Numbered from the stretch's first letter, positions 29,749-39,870 are shown. The stretch is 64,000 nt of DNA from Alphaproteobacteria bacterium (GCA_965248835.1 CBDFLJ010000001.1:352001-416000), one strand, 5' to 3'. Translations and numbers: made by a program. Notes: generated by a model not told the origin, from the letters alone.

Positions 29749-30363
29749 ATGAAGGGCTTCACCGGACGGGATCTGACCTGCGCGCGCGGCGACCGCCTGG
29801 TCTTCGCCGATCTCGGCTTTGCGCTGGAGCCGGGCGAGGTGCTGGTGCTGACCGGCGCCAACGGCTCGGGCAAGTCCTCGCTGTTGCGCCTGATGGCGGG
29901 CCTTGCCCGACCGAGCGTCGGACGCATCGCCTGGGAAGGCGCGGATATCGCCGAGGATCCGGCAGCTCATGCCGGCCGGCTGCACTATGTCGGCCATCTC
30001 GATGCGGTTAAACCGGCGCTCACGGTGGCCGAGAACCTGGCTTTCTGGGCGGCGGTGCGCGGCAAGCGCGCTGTCGAGGCGGCGCTTGGCCATTTCGGCA
30101 TCGGCCATCTGGCCGCCATGCCGGCGCGTTTCCTGTCGGCCGGCCAGCGCCGCCGCCTGGCGCTCGCAAGGACACTCACCGCGCCGGCGCGCCTGTGGCT
30201 GCTGGACGAGCCCACCGTGGCGCTCGATGCCGAGGGCGTCGCCGCGGTCCACGCGTCCATCGAGGCCCACCGCGCCGGCGGCGGGCTCTGCGTGGTCTCG
30301 ACCAACGTCTCGCTCAGCCTCGCCGCGCAGCGCCGGCTGGATGTCGGCGACTACGCCCGATGA
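29749..30363 (+). CDS. ccmA: Heme export ABC ATPase CcmA
   Basis: [44 protein letters not shown]. Confidence 0.95.
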   Translation: MKGFTGRDLTCARGDRLVFADLGFALEPGEVLVLTGANGSGKSSLLRLMAGLARPSVGRIAWEGADIAEDPAAHAGRLHYVGHLDAVKPALTVAENLAFWAAVRGKRAVEAALGHFGIGHLAAMPARFLSAGQRRRLALARTLTAPARLWLLDEPTVALDAEGVAAVHASIEAHRAGGGLCVVSTNVSLSLAAQRRLDVGDYAR

Positions 30364-31025
30364 CGGGGTTCATGGCCGTTCTGGTGCGCGAGCTCCGCCT
30401 GGCCATCCGCCAGCCGGGCGAGACGGCGACGGTGGTGATGTTCTTCGTCCTGGCCGCGATCCTGTTCCCCCTCGGCATCGGCCCGGAGCCCAACATTCTC
30501 GCCCGCATCGCGGCGGGCGTGCTCTGGGTCGCGGCACTGCTTGCGGCGATGCTGTCGCTGGAGCGGCTGTTCCACGCCGATTACGAGGACGGCTGCCTCG
30601 AGATCCTGGTGCTTTCCCCGCTCGCCCTTGAACTCACCGTGGGCGCCAAAATCCTTGCCCATTGGCTGACCACCGGCGTGCCGGTCCTGGCGGCGACCCC
30701 GGTCCTGGCCGTCCTGCTAAACCTCGATCCGGCGGGCTTCTGGGCCCTGATCGCCGCGATGGCACTGGGGACGCCCACCATCAGCCTGATCGGCGCGGTC
30801 GGCGCGGCGCTGACCCTGGGCGCCAGGCGGGGCGGCGTCCTGCTGTCGCTGCTGGTGCTCCCCCTGATCGTCCCGGTCCTGGTCTTCGGCGCGGCCGCTG
30901 TCGACGCGGCTATCGCCGGCTTTGCCCCGCGCCAGCAACTCCTGACGCTCGCCGCCATGCTCGTCGCCGCCAGCATCCTCGCCCCTTGGACCGCGTCCGC
31001 GGCGGTCCGCCAAGCGATGGAGTGA
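30360..31025 (+). CDS. ccmB: Heme export permease CcmB
   Basis: LFPLGIGPEP..L, F..DYEDG.LE, K..AHWL.TG, LL..LLVLPL.VP.L.F; ATGA overlap with ccmA. Confidence 0.95.
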   Translation: MTGFMAVLVRELRLAIRQPGETATVVMFFVLAAILFPLGIGPEPNILARIAAGVLWVAALLAAMLSLERLFHADYEDGCLEILVLSPLALELTVGAKILAHWLTTGVPVLAATPVLAVLLNLDPAGFWALIAAMALGTPTISLIGAVGAALTLGARRGGVLLSLLVLPLIVPVLVFGAAAVDAAIAGFAPRQQLLTLAAMLVAASILAPWTASAAVRQAME

Positions 31026-31322
31026 GGAATCTAACCTCATATCAAAAATTGAATATTTGATAGATTTTACAATCTTAGATAAACGTTTTGGGAGGACCTG
31101 CCCGCGTCGATGCGATTCGCGGGATTCGCTCTGATCGTCATCGACCCCCGCAACCGACAGACCGCCCATCATTTCGCGCCGGGTTGAGGCCCGTGCGCGC
31201 AGCCGATCCCCACGCCCGACGGACGGATCCACCGGCGGCTCCGACTCCGGCGCATGTGAGCAGCACATCGCAGAGGTTTGCCTTATAGTGCCCTGGCAAC
31301 ACGGATCAAGCGGCACACCTAG

Positions 31323-32090
31323 GTGACCAGTCTGCACAAGTTCGCGAGCCCCGGGCGGTTCCTGCGCCTGGCCGATGCGGTACAGCCCTGGACCTCCTGG
31401 GCGGCGGCGCTCCTGATCGGGGCAGGGCTGATCGTGGGGCTGTTCTATTCGCCGCCGGACTACCAGCAGGGCGAGACGGTCAGGATCATGTACGTCCACG
31501 TGCCCTCGGCCTGGATGGCGATGCTCGTCTACACCGTGATGGCCGTATCCTCGGCCGCCGGGCTGATCTGGCGGCATCCGCTGGCCCATGTGATCGCGGT
31601 CGCCGCTGCGCCCATCGGGGCGTGCTTCACGGTAGTTTGTCTCGCCACCGGGATGCTGTGGGGCAAGCCGATGTGGGGGACATGGTGGGTGTGGGATGCT
31701 CGGCTGACCTCGGTCCTGATCCTTCTGTTCCTCTATCTCGGCTTCATCGCGCTGGCCAACGCCTTCGATTCCACTGTGCGCGGCGACCGGGCCGCGGCGA
31801 TTCTGGCGGTCGTCGGCGCGGTCAACATCCCGATCATCAAGTTTTCGGTCGATTGGTGGAATACGCTGCACCAACCGGCCAGCGTTACCAGGGCGGCGAT
31901 GCCTTCGATTCACACCGCGATGCTGATCCCGCTGCTGGCGATGGCGGTCGGCTTCACCTGCCTTTTCGTGACGCTCCTGTTCATCCGGGTGCGCGCCGGG
32001 CTGCTCGCCCGCCGCGTCCGCGCGCTGCGGCTTGCCACGGTCCACGCGCGGCCCGATCCTGGCCTCGGCGGCCAAGTGAGTCCACCTTAG
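31323..32090 (+). CDS. ccmC: Heme chaperone loading protein CcmC
   Basis: DYQQG..VRIMYVHVP, WGKPMWGTWWVWDARLTS (WWD motif), WWNTLHQ. Confidence 0.97.
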   Translation: MTSLHKFASPGRFLRLADAVQPWTSWAAALLIGAGLIVGLFYSPPDYQQGETVRIMYVHVPSAWMAMLVYTVMAVSSAAGLIWRHPLAHVIAVAAAPIGACFTVVCLATGMLWGKPMWGTWWVWDARLTSVLILLFLYLGFIALANAFDSTVRGDRAAAILAVVGAVNIPIIKFSVDWWNTLHQPASVTRAAMPSIHTAMLIPLLAMAVGFTCLFVTLLFIRVRAGLLARRVRALRLATVHARPDPGLGGQVSPP

Positions 32091-32097
32091 GCGGGAC

Positions 32098-32310
32098 ATG
32101 TCACAAACCGCCGACATCTTTGCAATGGGAGGGTATGCGGCCTTTGTCTGGCCGGCTTACGCCATTGCATTTCTGGTGATCGGCGGGCTGATCGTCCACT
32201 GCATCGCAAGCTTGAGAGCACACGCGCGCGAGGCGGAAGAAGCCGAGGCAGCCAGCCCGCGCCGGGCGCGGCGCAGGCGCTCCGATCCGGAGGGCGGCGA
32301 TGACCCGTAA
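32098..32310 (+). CDS. ccmD: Heme exporter protein CcmD
   Basis: MGGYAAFVWPAY, one TM helix and a charged tail; located between ccmC and ccmE. Confidence 0.88.
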   Translation: MSQTADIFAMGGYAAFVWPAYAIAFLVIGGLIVHCIASLRAHAREAEEAEAASPRRARRRRSDPEGGDDP

Positions 32311-32749
32311 GCGCCGCCGCATGATGCTCGTCCTGCTCGGCACGCTGACGCTGGGGGTTGCCGCGGCGCTGGTGCTGAATGCCTTCGAGGACAGCGTGGT
32401 CTTCTTCTACAGCCCGACCGAACTCGCCGAAAAGAAGCTGCCGCCCGAGCGCCGCTTCCGGGTCGGCGGCATCGTCGTCGAAGACTCTGTGGCGCGCGAG
32501 GCCGACGGGCTGACCGTCCGGTTCCGCCTGACCGACATGAACAGCACCGTCCAGATCGCCTATACCGGCATCCTGCCCGACCTGTTCCGTGAGGGTCAGG
32601 GCATCGTCGCCGAGGGCAGGCTCGATAAAACCGGCGTGTTCCGCGCCGAGGAGGTGCTGGCCAAGCACGACGAGACCTACATGCCGCCCGAGGTCGCCGA
32701 AGCTCTCAAGAAATCCGGCCGCTGGCGCGGCGGGCAGGCCGCCGAATGA
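32300..32749 (+). CDS. ccmE: Heme chaperone CcmE
   Basis: YTGILPDLFREGQG, VLAKHDETYMPPEV. Confidence 0.97.
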   Translation: MTRKRRRMMLVLLGTLTLGVAAALVLNAFEDSVVFFYSPTELAEKKLPPERRFRVGGIVVEDSVAREADGLTVRFRLTDMNSTVQIAYTGILPDLFREGQGIVAEGRLDKTGVFRAEEVLAKHDETYMPPEVAEALKKSGRWRGGQAAE

Positions 32750-34722
32750 TCGCCGAGATCGGCCACCTGGCCCTGGTGCTCGCCCTGCTGCTGGCGCTGG
32801 TCCAGGGGATCGTGCCGATGTGGGGAGCCGCGCGCGGCGATTCGGCGATGATGGCGATGGCTCGTCCGGCGGCCGTGGGCCAGCTTGTGCTGTCGGCGAT
32901 CGCGTTCCTCGCCCTGATCCAGCTTTTCGTGACCTCGGACTTCTCCGTCGCCCTGGTCCACAGCCATTCCCATACGCTCAAGCCGCTGCTCTACAAGATC
33001 ACCGGCGTGTGGGCGAACCACGAGGGCTCGATGGTGCTGTGGGTGCTGATCCTGGCGCTGTTCGGCGCGATGGTCGCTTGTTTCGGCGCCAACCTGCCGG
33101 CCAGCCTGCGAGCCCGGGTGTTGTCGGTCCAGGGGCTGGTCGCGGCGGGGTTTTTCGCTTTCATCATCTTCACATCCAACCCGTTCCTGAGGCTCGATCC
33201 GGCGCCGCTGCAAGGAAGCGGGCTCAACCCGCTGCTCCAGGACCCCGGCCTCGCCTTCCACCCGCCGTTCCTCTATCTCGGCTATGTCGGGTTCTCGATC
33301 GCGTTCTCTTTCGCCGTCGCCGCCCTGATCGAGGGCCGCGTCGATCCCGCCTGGGCACGCTGGGTGCGCCCGTGGACGCTGTTGGCGTGGTGTGCGCTCA
33401 CCGTCGGGATCGCTCTGGGGAGCTGGTGGGCCTATTACGAGCTCGGCTGGGGCGGCTGGTGGTTCTGGGACCCGGTGGAGAACGCATCGTTCATGCCCTG
33501 GCTCGCCGGCACCGCGCTGCTGCATTCGGCGATCGTGGTGGAGAAGCGCGACACGCTGAAGGGCTGGACGGTTCTGCTGGCGATCCTCACCTTCGGGTTT
33601 TCGCTGCTCGGCACCTTCCTGGTGCGCTCGGGCGTGCTGACCTCGGTCCACACGTTTGCCGCCGATCCCTCACGCGGCGTGTTCATCCTGGCGCTCCTGG
33701 TCGTGGTCATCGGCGGCGGGCTCGCGCTCTATGCCGTGCGCGCGCCGGCGCTCAAGGGCGGCGGGCTGTTCGCCCCGGTCTCGCGCGAAGGCGCCCTGGT
33801 GCTCAACAACCTGCTGCTGACCACCGCGGCGGCGGTGGTGCTCCTGGGCACGCTCTACCCGCTGGTCCTCGATGCGCTGGGCGGCGGCAAGGTCTCCGTC
33901 GGCCCGCCCTTCTTCGAGGCGACATTCGTGCCCATCGCCGTGCCGCTCCTGCTGGCGTGCGCGGTCGGCGCGATGATGGCCTGGAAGCGCGGCGACCTGG
34001 CGGGCGTGCTCGGCCGGCTCAAGGCCGCCGCGATCCTCGCGCTCGCGGTGATGGCAGTCGCCGCCTGGCGGGCCGGGATCGAGGACATGCTGGCGGCCTT
34101 CGGGCTGGGTGTCGCGGCCTGGCTGTTCGCCGGCGCCCTGATCGAGCTGGCCGAGAAGATCGGTCTTTTCCGGCTACGCGGGGCCGAGACCGCTCGACGC
34201 GCCGCCGCGCTGCCGCGCGCGGCCTGGGGGATGACGATCGCCCATGCCGGGCTCGGCGTCATCGTCGCCGGCATGGTCGCGGCCTCGGCCTGGCAGACCG
34301 AGCGCATCGTGTCGATGACCCCGGGCCAGACAACCGACCTCGCCGGATACCGGGTCGTTTTCGAGGCCGTCGGCCGGACGCGCGGACCCAACTACGAAGC
34401 GGTCACCGGCCGCTTCAAGCTGATGGACGGCGGCCGGACGGTCGCCGACCTGCGGCCCGAGAAACGCTCCTATCCGGCGGAGGAATCGCAGACCACCGAG
34501 GCGGCGATCCACACCACCTGGCTCGCCGACGTCTATGTCGTCCTGGGCGACCGCTCGGCGGGCGGGGCCTGGGCGGTGCGGCTCTACCACAATCCGCTGG
34601 TGCCCTGGATCTGGATCGGCGCGGTCGTGATGGCAGCCGGCGGGCTGGTCTCGCTCACCGACCGGCGGCTCCGGGTCGGCGCGCCGCGCCGCGCCCGCGC
34701 AGCGGTCGGGGAAGCGGCCTGA
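32746..34722 (+). CDS. ccmF: Cytochrome c heme lyase subunit CcmF
   Basis: W.NHEGS, LNPLLQD, HPP.LY.GY, WAYYELGWGGWWFWDPVENASFMPW, SVHTFA. Confidence 0.97.
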   Translation: MIAEIGHLALVLALLLALVQGIVPMWGAARGDSAMMAMARPAAVGQLVLSAIAFLALIQLFVTSDFSVALVHSHSHTLKPLLYKITGVWANHEGSMVLWVLILALFGAMVACFGANLPASLRARVLSVQGLVAAGFFAFIIFTSNPFLRLDPAPLQGSGLNPLLQDPGLAFHPPFLYLGYVGFSIAFSFAVAALIEGRVDPAWARWVRPWTLLAWCALTVGIALGSWWAYYELGWGGWWFWDPVENASFMPWLAGTALLHSAIVVEKRDTLKGWTVLLAILTFGFSLLGTFLVRSGVLTSVHTFAADPSRGVFILALLVVVIGGGLALYAVRAPALKGGGLFAPVSREGALVLNNLLLTTAAAVVLLGTLYPLVLDALGGGKVSVGPPFFEATFVPIAVPLLLACAVGAMMAWKRGDLAGVLGRLKAAAILALAVMAVAAWRAGIEDMLAAFGLGVAAWLFAGALIELAEKIGLFRLRGAETARRAAALPRAAWGMTIAHAGLGVIVAGMVAASAWQTERIVSMTPGQTTDLAGYRVVFEAVGRTRGPNYEAVTGRFKLMDGGRTVADLRPEKRSYPAEESQTTEAAIHTTWLADVYVVLGDRSAGGAWAVRLYHNPLVPWIWIGAVVMAAGGLVSLTDRRLRVGAPRRARAAVGEAA

Positions 34723-34734
34723 CGGAGCCCGGCG

Positions 34735-35274
34735 ATGAAACTCTCCACGATCCTGCCCGTGGCGCTTTTCGCCGTCCTGGCCGGGGTGTTCGGCGTCTAC
34801 CTCTTCCAGGTCGGCTCCGGCAAGAACATCCAGGAGATCCCCTCGGCGCTGATCGACAAGCCGGCACCCGCGCTCGACCTGCCGCCGATCCGGGGGCGGA
34901 ACGACGGGCTCTCGTCCGCGCAGCTCGCCGGCAAGGCCTCGCTGGTGAACGTCTTCGCCTCCTGGTGCCCGCCCTGCCGGGTCGAGCATCCATTGCTGAT
35001 GCGCCTGGCCGGCGAGGGGGTCCCGATCTACGGCATCAACTACAAGGACAGGCCCGAGGACGCGCTCGGCTTTCTCGACCGGCTGGGCGATCCCTACCGC
35101 GCGATCGGCGCGGACGCGACCGGGCGCACCGCAATCGACTGGGGCGTCTACGGCTATCCCGAAACCTTCGTCGTCGATAGGACCGGGCGCATCCGCTACA
35201 AGCACATCGGACCGATCATGCCGCGCGACCTGGAGTCCCGGATCCGGCCGATTCTCCAGCGGTTGGCGCAATGA
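34735..35274 (+). CDS. ccmG: Thiol:disulfide interchange protein CcmG/DsbE
   Basis: NVFASWCPPCRVEHP, GINYKD, GVYGYPETF. Confidence 0.96.
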   Translation: MKLSTILPVALFAVLAGVFGVYLFQVGSGKNIQEIPSALIDKPAPALDLPPIRGRNDGLSSAQLAGKASLVNVFASWCPPCRVEHPLLMRLAGEGVPIYGINYKDRPEDALGFLDRLGDPYRAIGADATGRTAIDWGVYGYPETFVVDRTGRIRYKHIGPIMPRDLESRIRPILQRLAQ

Positions 35275-35753
35275 GACGCGGCATCCTCCCGCTGGTCCTG
35301 TTGGTGGTCCTCGGCGCGGTCGGCGCTCATGCGGTCGAGCCGGGCGAGATCCTCGACGACCCGGTGCTCGAGGTCCGCGCACGCGAAATCTCCAAGGAGC
35401 TGCGCTGCCTGGTGTGCCAGAACCAGTCGATCGACGACTCCGATGCCCCGCTGGCGCGCGACCTGCGCATCCTGGTGCGCGAGAGGCTGGTGGCCGGCGA
35501 CGCCGACGGCGCGGTGATCGCGTTCATCGCCGCACGCTATGGCGATTTCGTGCTGTTGCGCCCGCCGTTCAAGCCCACGACCTACGCGCTGTGGCTGGGC
35601 CCGGCAGCGATCTTCCTTGCCGGCGCGATCGGCGTCGTCGTGTTCTTGCGGCGACGCCGCGGCGCGTTGCCGGCGGCCGCTTCCGCGCCGCCGTTGAGCG
35701 AGGAGGAGTCCCGCCGACTGGCGAAGCTGATGGACGGGGATCGGCAGCCGTGA
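35271..35753 (+). CDS. ccmH: CcmH/CycL
   Basis: LRCLVCQNQSIDDS.A.LA.DLR, RYGDFVL..PP. Confidence 0.96.
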   Translation: MRRGILPLVLLVVLGAVGAHAVEPGEILDDPVLEVRAREISKELRCLVCQNQSIDDSDAPLARDLRILVRERLVAGDADGAVIAFIAARYGDFVLLRPPFKPTTYALWLGPAAIFLAGAIGVVVFLRRRRGALPAAASAPPLSEEESRRLAKLMDGDRQP

Positions 35754-37123
35754 CGCTGTGGATCCTGCTCGCCGTGATAGTGGTGGGCACGACAGCGGCG
35801 ATTCTGATCCCGCTGCTGGTTCGCCAGCGCCCGGCGCAACCCCGCGCCGAGCACGACCTGGAGATCTATCGCGACCAGCTCGTCGAGGTCGAACGCGACC
35901 GGGCACGCGGGCTGATCTCGGAGGACCAGATCGAGGCGGCGCGGACCGAGATCGGCCGCCGGCTGCTCGCGGCCGAGGACGCGCTGTCGGCCGAAGAACC
36001 GGCGCAACGCACCGATACGCGCGCCGGCTTGGCCGTGGTGCTTGCGCTGGTCGTGCCGCTGGCCGCATTCGGGCTCTACGGCTTGCAAGGCTCTCCCGGA
36101 CTGCCCGGCAACCCGGCTGCCGAGCGCCCGCCGCCCGCCGCTGCGGATTCGGCCACAACTCCGCAGATGGACGACATGGCGGGTCTGGTCGACCGGCTAG
36201 CCGAAAAGCTGCGCCAGAACCCGGCGGATGCCAAGGGCTGGACACTGCTGGCGCGGTCGCTGTCCACGCTCGAGCGCCATGACGAGGCAGCCAAGGCCTA
36301 CGCGCGGGCCGCCGCGCTGCTGCCCGATGATGCCGGCGTCCGCGCGCAGTACGGCGAGGCGCTGACGGCAGCGAACCAGGGCCGGATCGGCGCCGCGGCG
36401 CGGCTCGCCTTCGCCGAGGCGCTGAAGCGCAATGCCGCAGAGCCGCGAGCCCGGTTCTATATGGGCCTGGCGGCGCTGCAAGCGGGAGACCGTGCCGGCG
36501 CGCTGGCCCAATGGCGCGCGCTCGCCGCCGATTCCAGGCCGGACGACCAATGGATGCCGATGCTGCGCGAGCGAATCGCCGGTCTTGCCGAGGCCGAGCC
36601 CCCGCCCCCACCCCGGCCGCCGGCCGACCGCGGGCCGAGCCAGGAGGATGTGGCTGCCGCACAGCTTATGTCGCCGCAGGATCGGATGGCGATGATCCGC
36701 GGCATGGTCGCCGGCCTCGCCGAACGCCTGGCCGAGCAGCCCGACGACGCCGATGGCTGGGCGCGGCTTGCCCGATCCTACCGCGTGCTCGGCGAGAACC
36801 AAAAGGCGCATGACGCCTTGGCCCGGCTCGCCCGGCTCCGGCCGAACGACGTCGGCGTGCTGACCACCTATGCGCGCTCGATAATCCAGACCGCCGAGGG
36901 CAAACCGCTGCCGAGAAGCTTGGCAACCGTCATCGGCCGGGTTCTGGAGCTCGATCCCGACAACCGGTCGGCGCTGTGGATCGCCGGCCTTCTCGCCGAG
37001 CAGACGGGCAGCGCGGAGGAGGCACGGGGTTACTGGCGGCGCCTCCAGGCCAAGCTGCCGGAAGGGTCGCCCGAACGGGTCGATCTCGACCGGCGGCTCG
37101 ACGCGCTGGACAAGCCGAGGTGA
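35750..37123 (+). CDS. ccmI: CcmI/CycH TPR apocytochrome chaperone
   Basis: YRDQL.E..RD..RGLI, EI.RRLL, and two 'L..RL...P.D..GW..LARS' TPR modules; GTG 35750 overlaps the ccmH stop. Confidence 0.92.
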   Translation: MTLWILLAVIVVGTTAAILIPLLVRQRPAQPRAEHDLEIYRDQLVEVERDRARGLISEDQIEAARTEIGRRLLAAEDALSAEEPAQRTDTRAGLAVVLALVVPLAAFGLYGLQGSPGLPGNPAAERPPPAAADSATTPQMDDMAGLVDRLAEKLRQNPADAKGWTLLARSLSTLERHDEAAKAYARAAALLPDDAGVRAQYGEALTAANQGRIGAAARLAFAEALKRNAAEPRARFYMGLAALQAGDRAGALAQWRALAADSRPDDQWMPMLRERIAGLAEAEPPPPPRPPADRGPSQEDVAAAQLMSPQDRMAMIRGMVAGLAERLAEQPDDADGWARLARSYRVLGENQKAHDALARLARLRPNDVGVLTTYARSIIQTAEGKPLPRSLATVIGRVLELDPDNRSALWIAGLLAEQTGSAEEARGYWRRLQAKLPEGSPERVDLDRRLDALDKPR

Positions 37124-37207
37124 CCGCGGCGTGATGACCGATCTTGCCGGCCGCGGCCGCACGCCGTAACGTCTGTCGGCCAGGATCAAGCGAATGGGGA
37201 GAAGGCC

Positions 37208-38275
37208 ATGCCGGTCAACGGATTCGACGTCTTCGATGCCGACGGCCACGTGCTCGAGCTGGACGACGAGCTGATCGAGTACTACGAGGGCGATCTGGCC
37301 GACAAGAAGCGGATGAAGACGATGCCGATCTTCCCGGCGCTCGACGGCTGGTCGCGCGGCCCGATGATCGCCAAGGAGGATTCCAACCGGAAATACTGGC
37401 ACACCGACGCGGCGGTGTGGTCGGAATGCCTGGCCGATATCGGCGCCGACGGCAGCGTGCTGTACCCGACCGCGGCCCTCGCGCACGGGCTGATGCGCGA
37501 TGTGCGCTTCGCGGTCGCGACCGCAATTGCCTACAACAACTGGCTGGAGGACCGATACACCTCCCAGGACGAGCGGCTTTACGGCGCGGGTGTGCTGGCC
37601 GTCCAGGACCCGCAGGCCGCGGCGGCCGAGCTGCGCCGCTGCGCGAAGAACCGCAAGCGGTTCCCGGCAATGGTGCTGCCCACCGTCACCAAGCTGGGCA
37701 AGACATACGGCGATCGGTTCTTCTGGCCGATCTTCGAGGCGGCGGCCGAATGCGACATGGCGCTGGCGCTGCACGGCGCGCCGTCCGAAGGCTTCGGCTT
37801 CGACCACTTCACCCGCTACATCGCCTCGCACACGCTCGAGCACCCGGTGCCGCTGTTCATCAACCTCACCGATATGATGTTCGCCGGCGTCTTCGATGCC
37901 TTCCCGACGGTCCGGTTCGCCTTCCTGGAAGGCGGCTGCTCGTGGATCCCGTTCATGATGGACCGGATGGACTACGAGTTCGATTCGATGCACGGGATCG
38001 CCTCGCGCAAGGAGCTCAAGAAGCGCCCCTCGGACTATTTCCGCGAGGGCGAGAGCATCTGGGTGGCGATGGAGCTGGGTGAGAGCTCGCTGCCGCTGAT
38101 CGTGGACATGATCGGCTCCGAGCGCATCGTCTACGCCTCGGACTACCCGCACGAGCCGTCCTTCGAGGATCTGACGACCGAGTTGCCGGAGTTTCTGAAA
38201 TCCGGAGCCCTGTCCGCCGAGGCCAAGGCCAACGTCGTCAACAACAACGCGCGCCGGCTCTACCGGATCAACTGA
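37208..38275 (+). CDS. Amidohydrolase_2 family metalloenzyme (decarboxylase/hydratase type)
   Basis: DADGHVLE, AYNNWL, LHG, FLEGG..W.P, YASDYPH. Confidence 0.88.
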   Translation: MPVNGFDVFDADGHVLELDDELIEYYEGDLADKKRMKTMPIFPALDGWSRGPMIAKEDSNRKYWHTDAAVWSECLADIGADGSVLYPTAALAHGLMRDVRFAVATAIAYNNWLEDRYTSQDERLYGAGVLAVQDPQAAAAELRRCAKNRKRFPAMVLPTVTKLGKTYGDRFFWPIFEAAAECDMALALHGAPSEGFGFDHFTRYIASHTLEHPVPLFINLTDMMFAGVFDAFPTVRFAFLEGGCSWIPFMMDRMDYEFDSMHGIASRKELKKRPSDYFREGESIWVAMELGESSLPLIVDMIGSERIVYASDYPHEPSFEDLTTELPEFLKSGALSAEAKANVVNNNARRLYRIN

Positions 38276-38304
38276 GGCCGCCGGCCGAGCCGAGCCGCAA
38301 CAGC

Positions 38305-39183
38305 TCACGCGCCTTCGAATCGATCCTCGAAATCGATGATCTCGTCGAACCCCATCAGCGTATTGAAGTCGCCGAAGGGGTGAAGATCGGCATCCGCGGC
38401 CGAGGAGGCGCCGTGGTCGCGGAGCGCGCGGTAGATCCGGGTCAGCGCCTCGGTCGCGGCGAGGAAGCCCGAGGCCGGGAAGATCGCGACCTGGAAGCCG
38501 AGCGCGGCAAGCTCGGCCGGCGTCAGCACCGGGGTCAGCCCGCCCTCGACCATGTTGGCCATCAAGGGCGCATCGAACAGCCGGCCGGCCTCGGCCATCT
38601 CCTCGGTATCGGCCGGCGCCTCGTAGAACAGGATGTCCGCGCCCGCCTCCTGGAAGGCCTCGAGCCGACGCAGCGCTTCGTCCTTGCCGGCAGCCTTGCG
38701 CGCATCCGTGCGGGCGATGATCAGGAAGTCGCCGCTGATCCGCGTGTCCAGCGCCACCTTGATCTTGCGCACCATCTCCTCTTTCGGGACCAGCTTCTGG
38801 CCCTGGGTGTGGCCGCACTTCTTCGGAAACGCCTGATCCTCGATCTGGATGGCGGCAACGCCCGCACGCTCATAGCCCTGGACGGTGTGGCGGACGTTGA
38901 GCGTCCCGCCATAGCCGGTGTCGGCATCCGCGATCAGCGGCGTCGCGGTCCCGCGCGCGATTTGCGCCGCGCGCGAGACCATGTCGGTAAAGGTGGCGAT
39001 CCCCGCATCGGGCAGCCCGAGATGCGAGGCGACCGTGCCCGAGCCCGTCATGTAGATCGCCGGGAACCCCATCGAATCGGCGATCCGCGCCGAGATCATG
39101 TCATAGACCCCGGGCGCGGTGATGAACTCGCCCGCCCGCAGGCGGTCAGCAAGGCTCTTGGACGTCTCGGCACGGCCATTCAT
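38305..39183 (-). CDS. Isocitrate lyase/PEP mutase family C-C lyase (methylisocitrate or dimethylmalate lyase-like)
   Basis: PGVYD, GLPD.G, DADTGYGG, IEDQ..PKKCGH, ARTDA, NMVEGG.TP. Confidence 0.9.
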   Translation of the reverse strand: MNGRAETSKSLADRLRAGEFITAPGVYDMISARIADSMGFPAIYMTGSGTVASHLGLPDAGIATFTDMVSRAAQIARGTATPLIADADTGYGGTLNVRHTVQGYERAGVAAIQIEDQAFPKKCGHTQGQKLVPKEEMVRKIKVALDTRISGDFLIIARTDARKAAGKDEALRRLEAFQEAGADILFYEAPADTEEMAEAGRLFDAPLMANMVEGGLTPVLTPAELAALGFQVAIFPASGFLAATEALTRIYRALRDHGASSAADADLHPFGDFNTLMGFDEIIDFEDRFEGA

Positions 39184-39225
39184 TGCTCGGGGCTCCCTGT
39201 CGGTCCTGCGTGTTCGGGACCTGCG

Positions 39226-39870
39226 TCAATCGGCGGCGAAGCAATAAAGCAGCCCCGCACCCCCGGTGCCGACCAGGCCCGCCTGGCTGCATCCCCTGGA
39301 CCCGTGCGCGGCATTCCAGGACGTGTTGCCGCCGCCGTGCCGGTCGTGATGCCCGACGGTTGCGCTGCCCTTGTCGTTGCTGGTCCAGCTGCTGCAGGTC
39401 TTATCGCCTTTTTCCCAGGGGAAATAGGTCGTGCCGTCGGCCTTCGTGCCGGTCAGGATGTCATGCTGGTTGGGCTGGTCGCCGCGCCCTTTTACGCGCT
39501 TGCCGTTCTCATCCAGGGCGGTTCTCTTGACGATGTTCGGGTTCAGATGGAGCGCATCGAGGTCGGTTGCGATCAACTCGCCCGTGGCGTTGTACCACGG
39601 TCCGATGCCGATCCGGTCGCGCGCTGAAATACCGCGCTTCCCCGCAACCTGAGTGCTGAGATAGGCGCGCCATGTGCGCCCGGTCGAGCCGGCGGCACCG
39701 GCCAGTTTCGTGCAATGGGCGTCGGCGCCCGCCAAGCCGCCCAGATTCGCGCCATCGCCGATCCCGACGCTGGTGACGAAGAATCCCATCGGAGGATCCG
39801 CCGCCAGCGCCACCGGCGCGCTCACCACGAGCAGGATGCCTGCCGCCGCTATCGAAGTCATGAGTCTCAT
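39226..39870 (-). CDS. Secreted lectin/endostatin-like protein
   Basis: Signal peptide; FFVTS, NLGGLAGADAHC..LA, WRAYLS, ARDRIG.GPW.N, TC..WTS, GHHDR, LYCFA. Confidence 0.75.
   Translation of the reverse strand: MRLMTSIAAAGILLVVSAPVALAADPPMGFFVTSVGIGDGANLGGLAGADAHCTKLAGAAGSTGRTWRAYLSTQVAGKRGISARDRIGIGPWYNATGELIATDLDALHLNPNIVKRTALDENGKRVKGRGDQPNQHDILTGTKADGTTYFPWEKGDKTCSSWTSNDKGSATVGHHDRHGGGNTSWNAAHGSRGCSQAGLVGTGGAGLLYCFAAD

Noticed and set aside
31040-31075. FNR/FixK box in the ccmB-ccmC gap
   Set aside because: The half-sites are in the reverse order (ATCAA...TTGAT) with the wrong spacing relative to TTGAT-N4-ATCAA.
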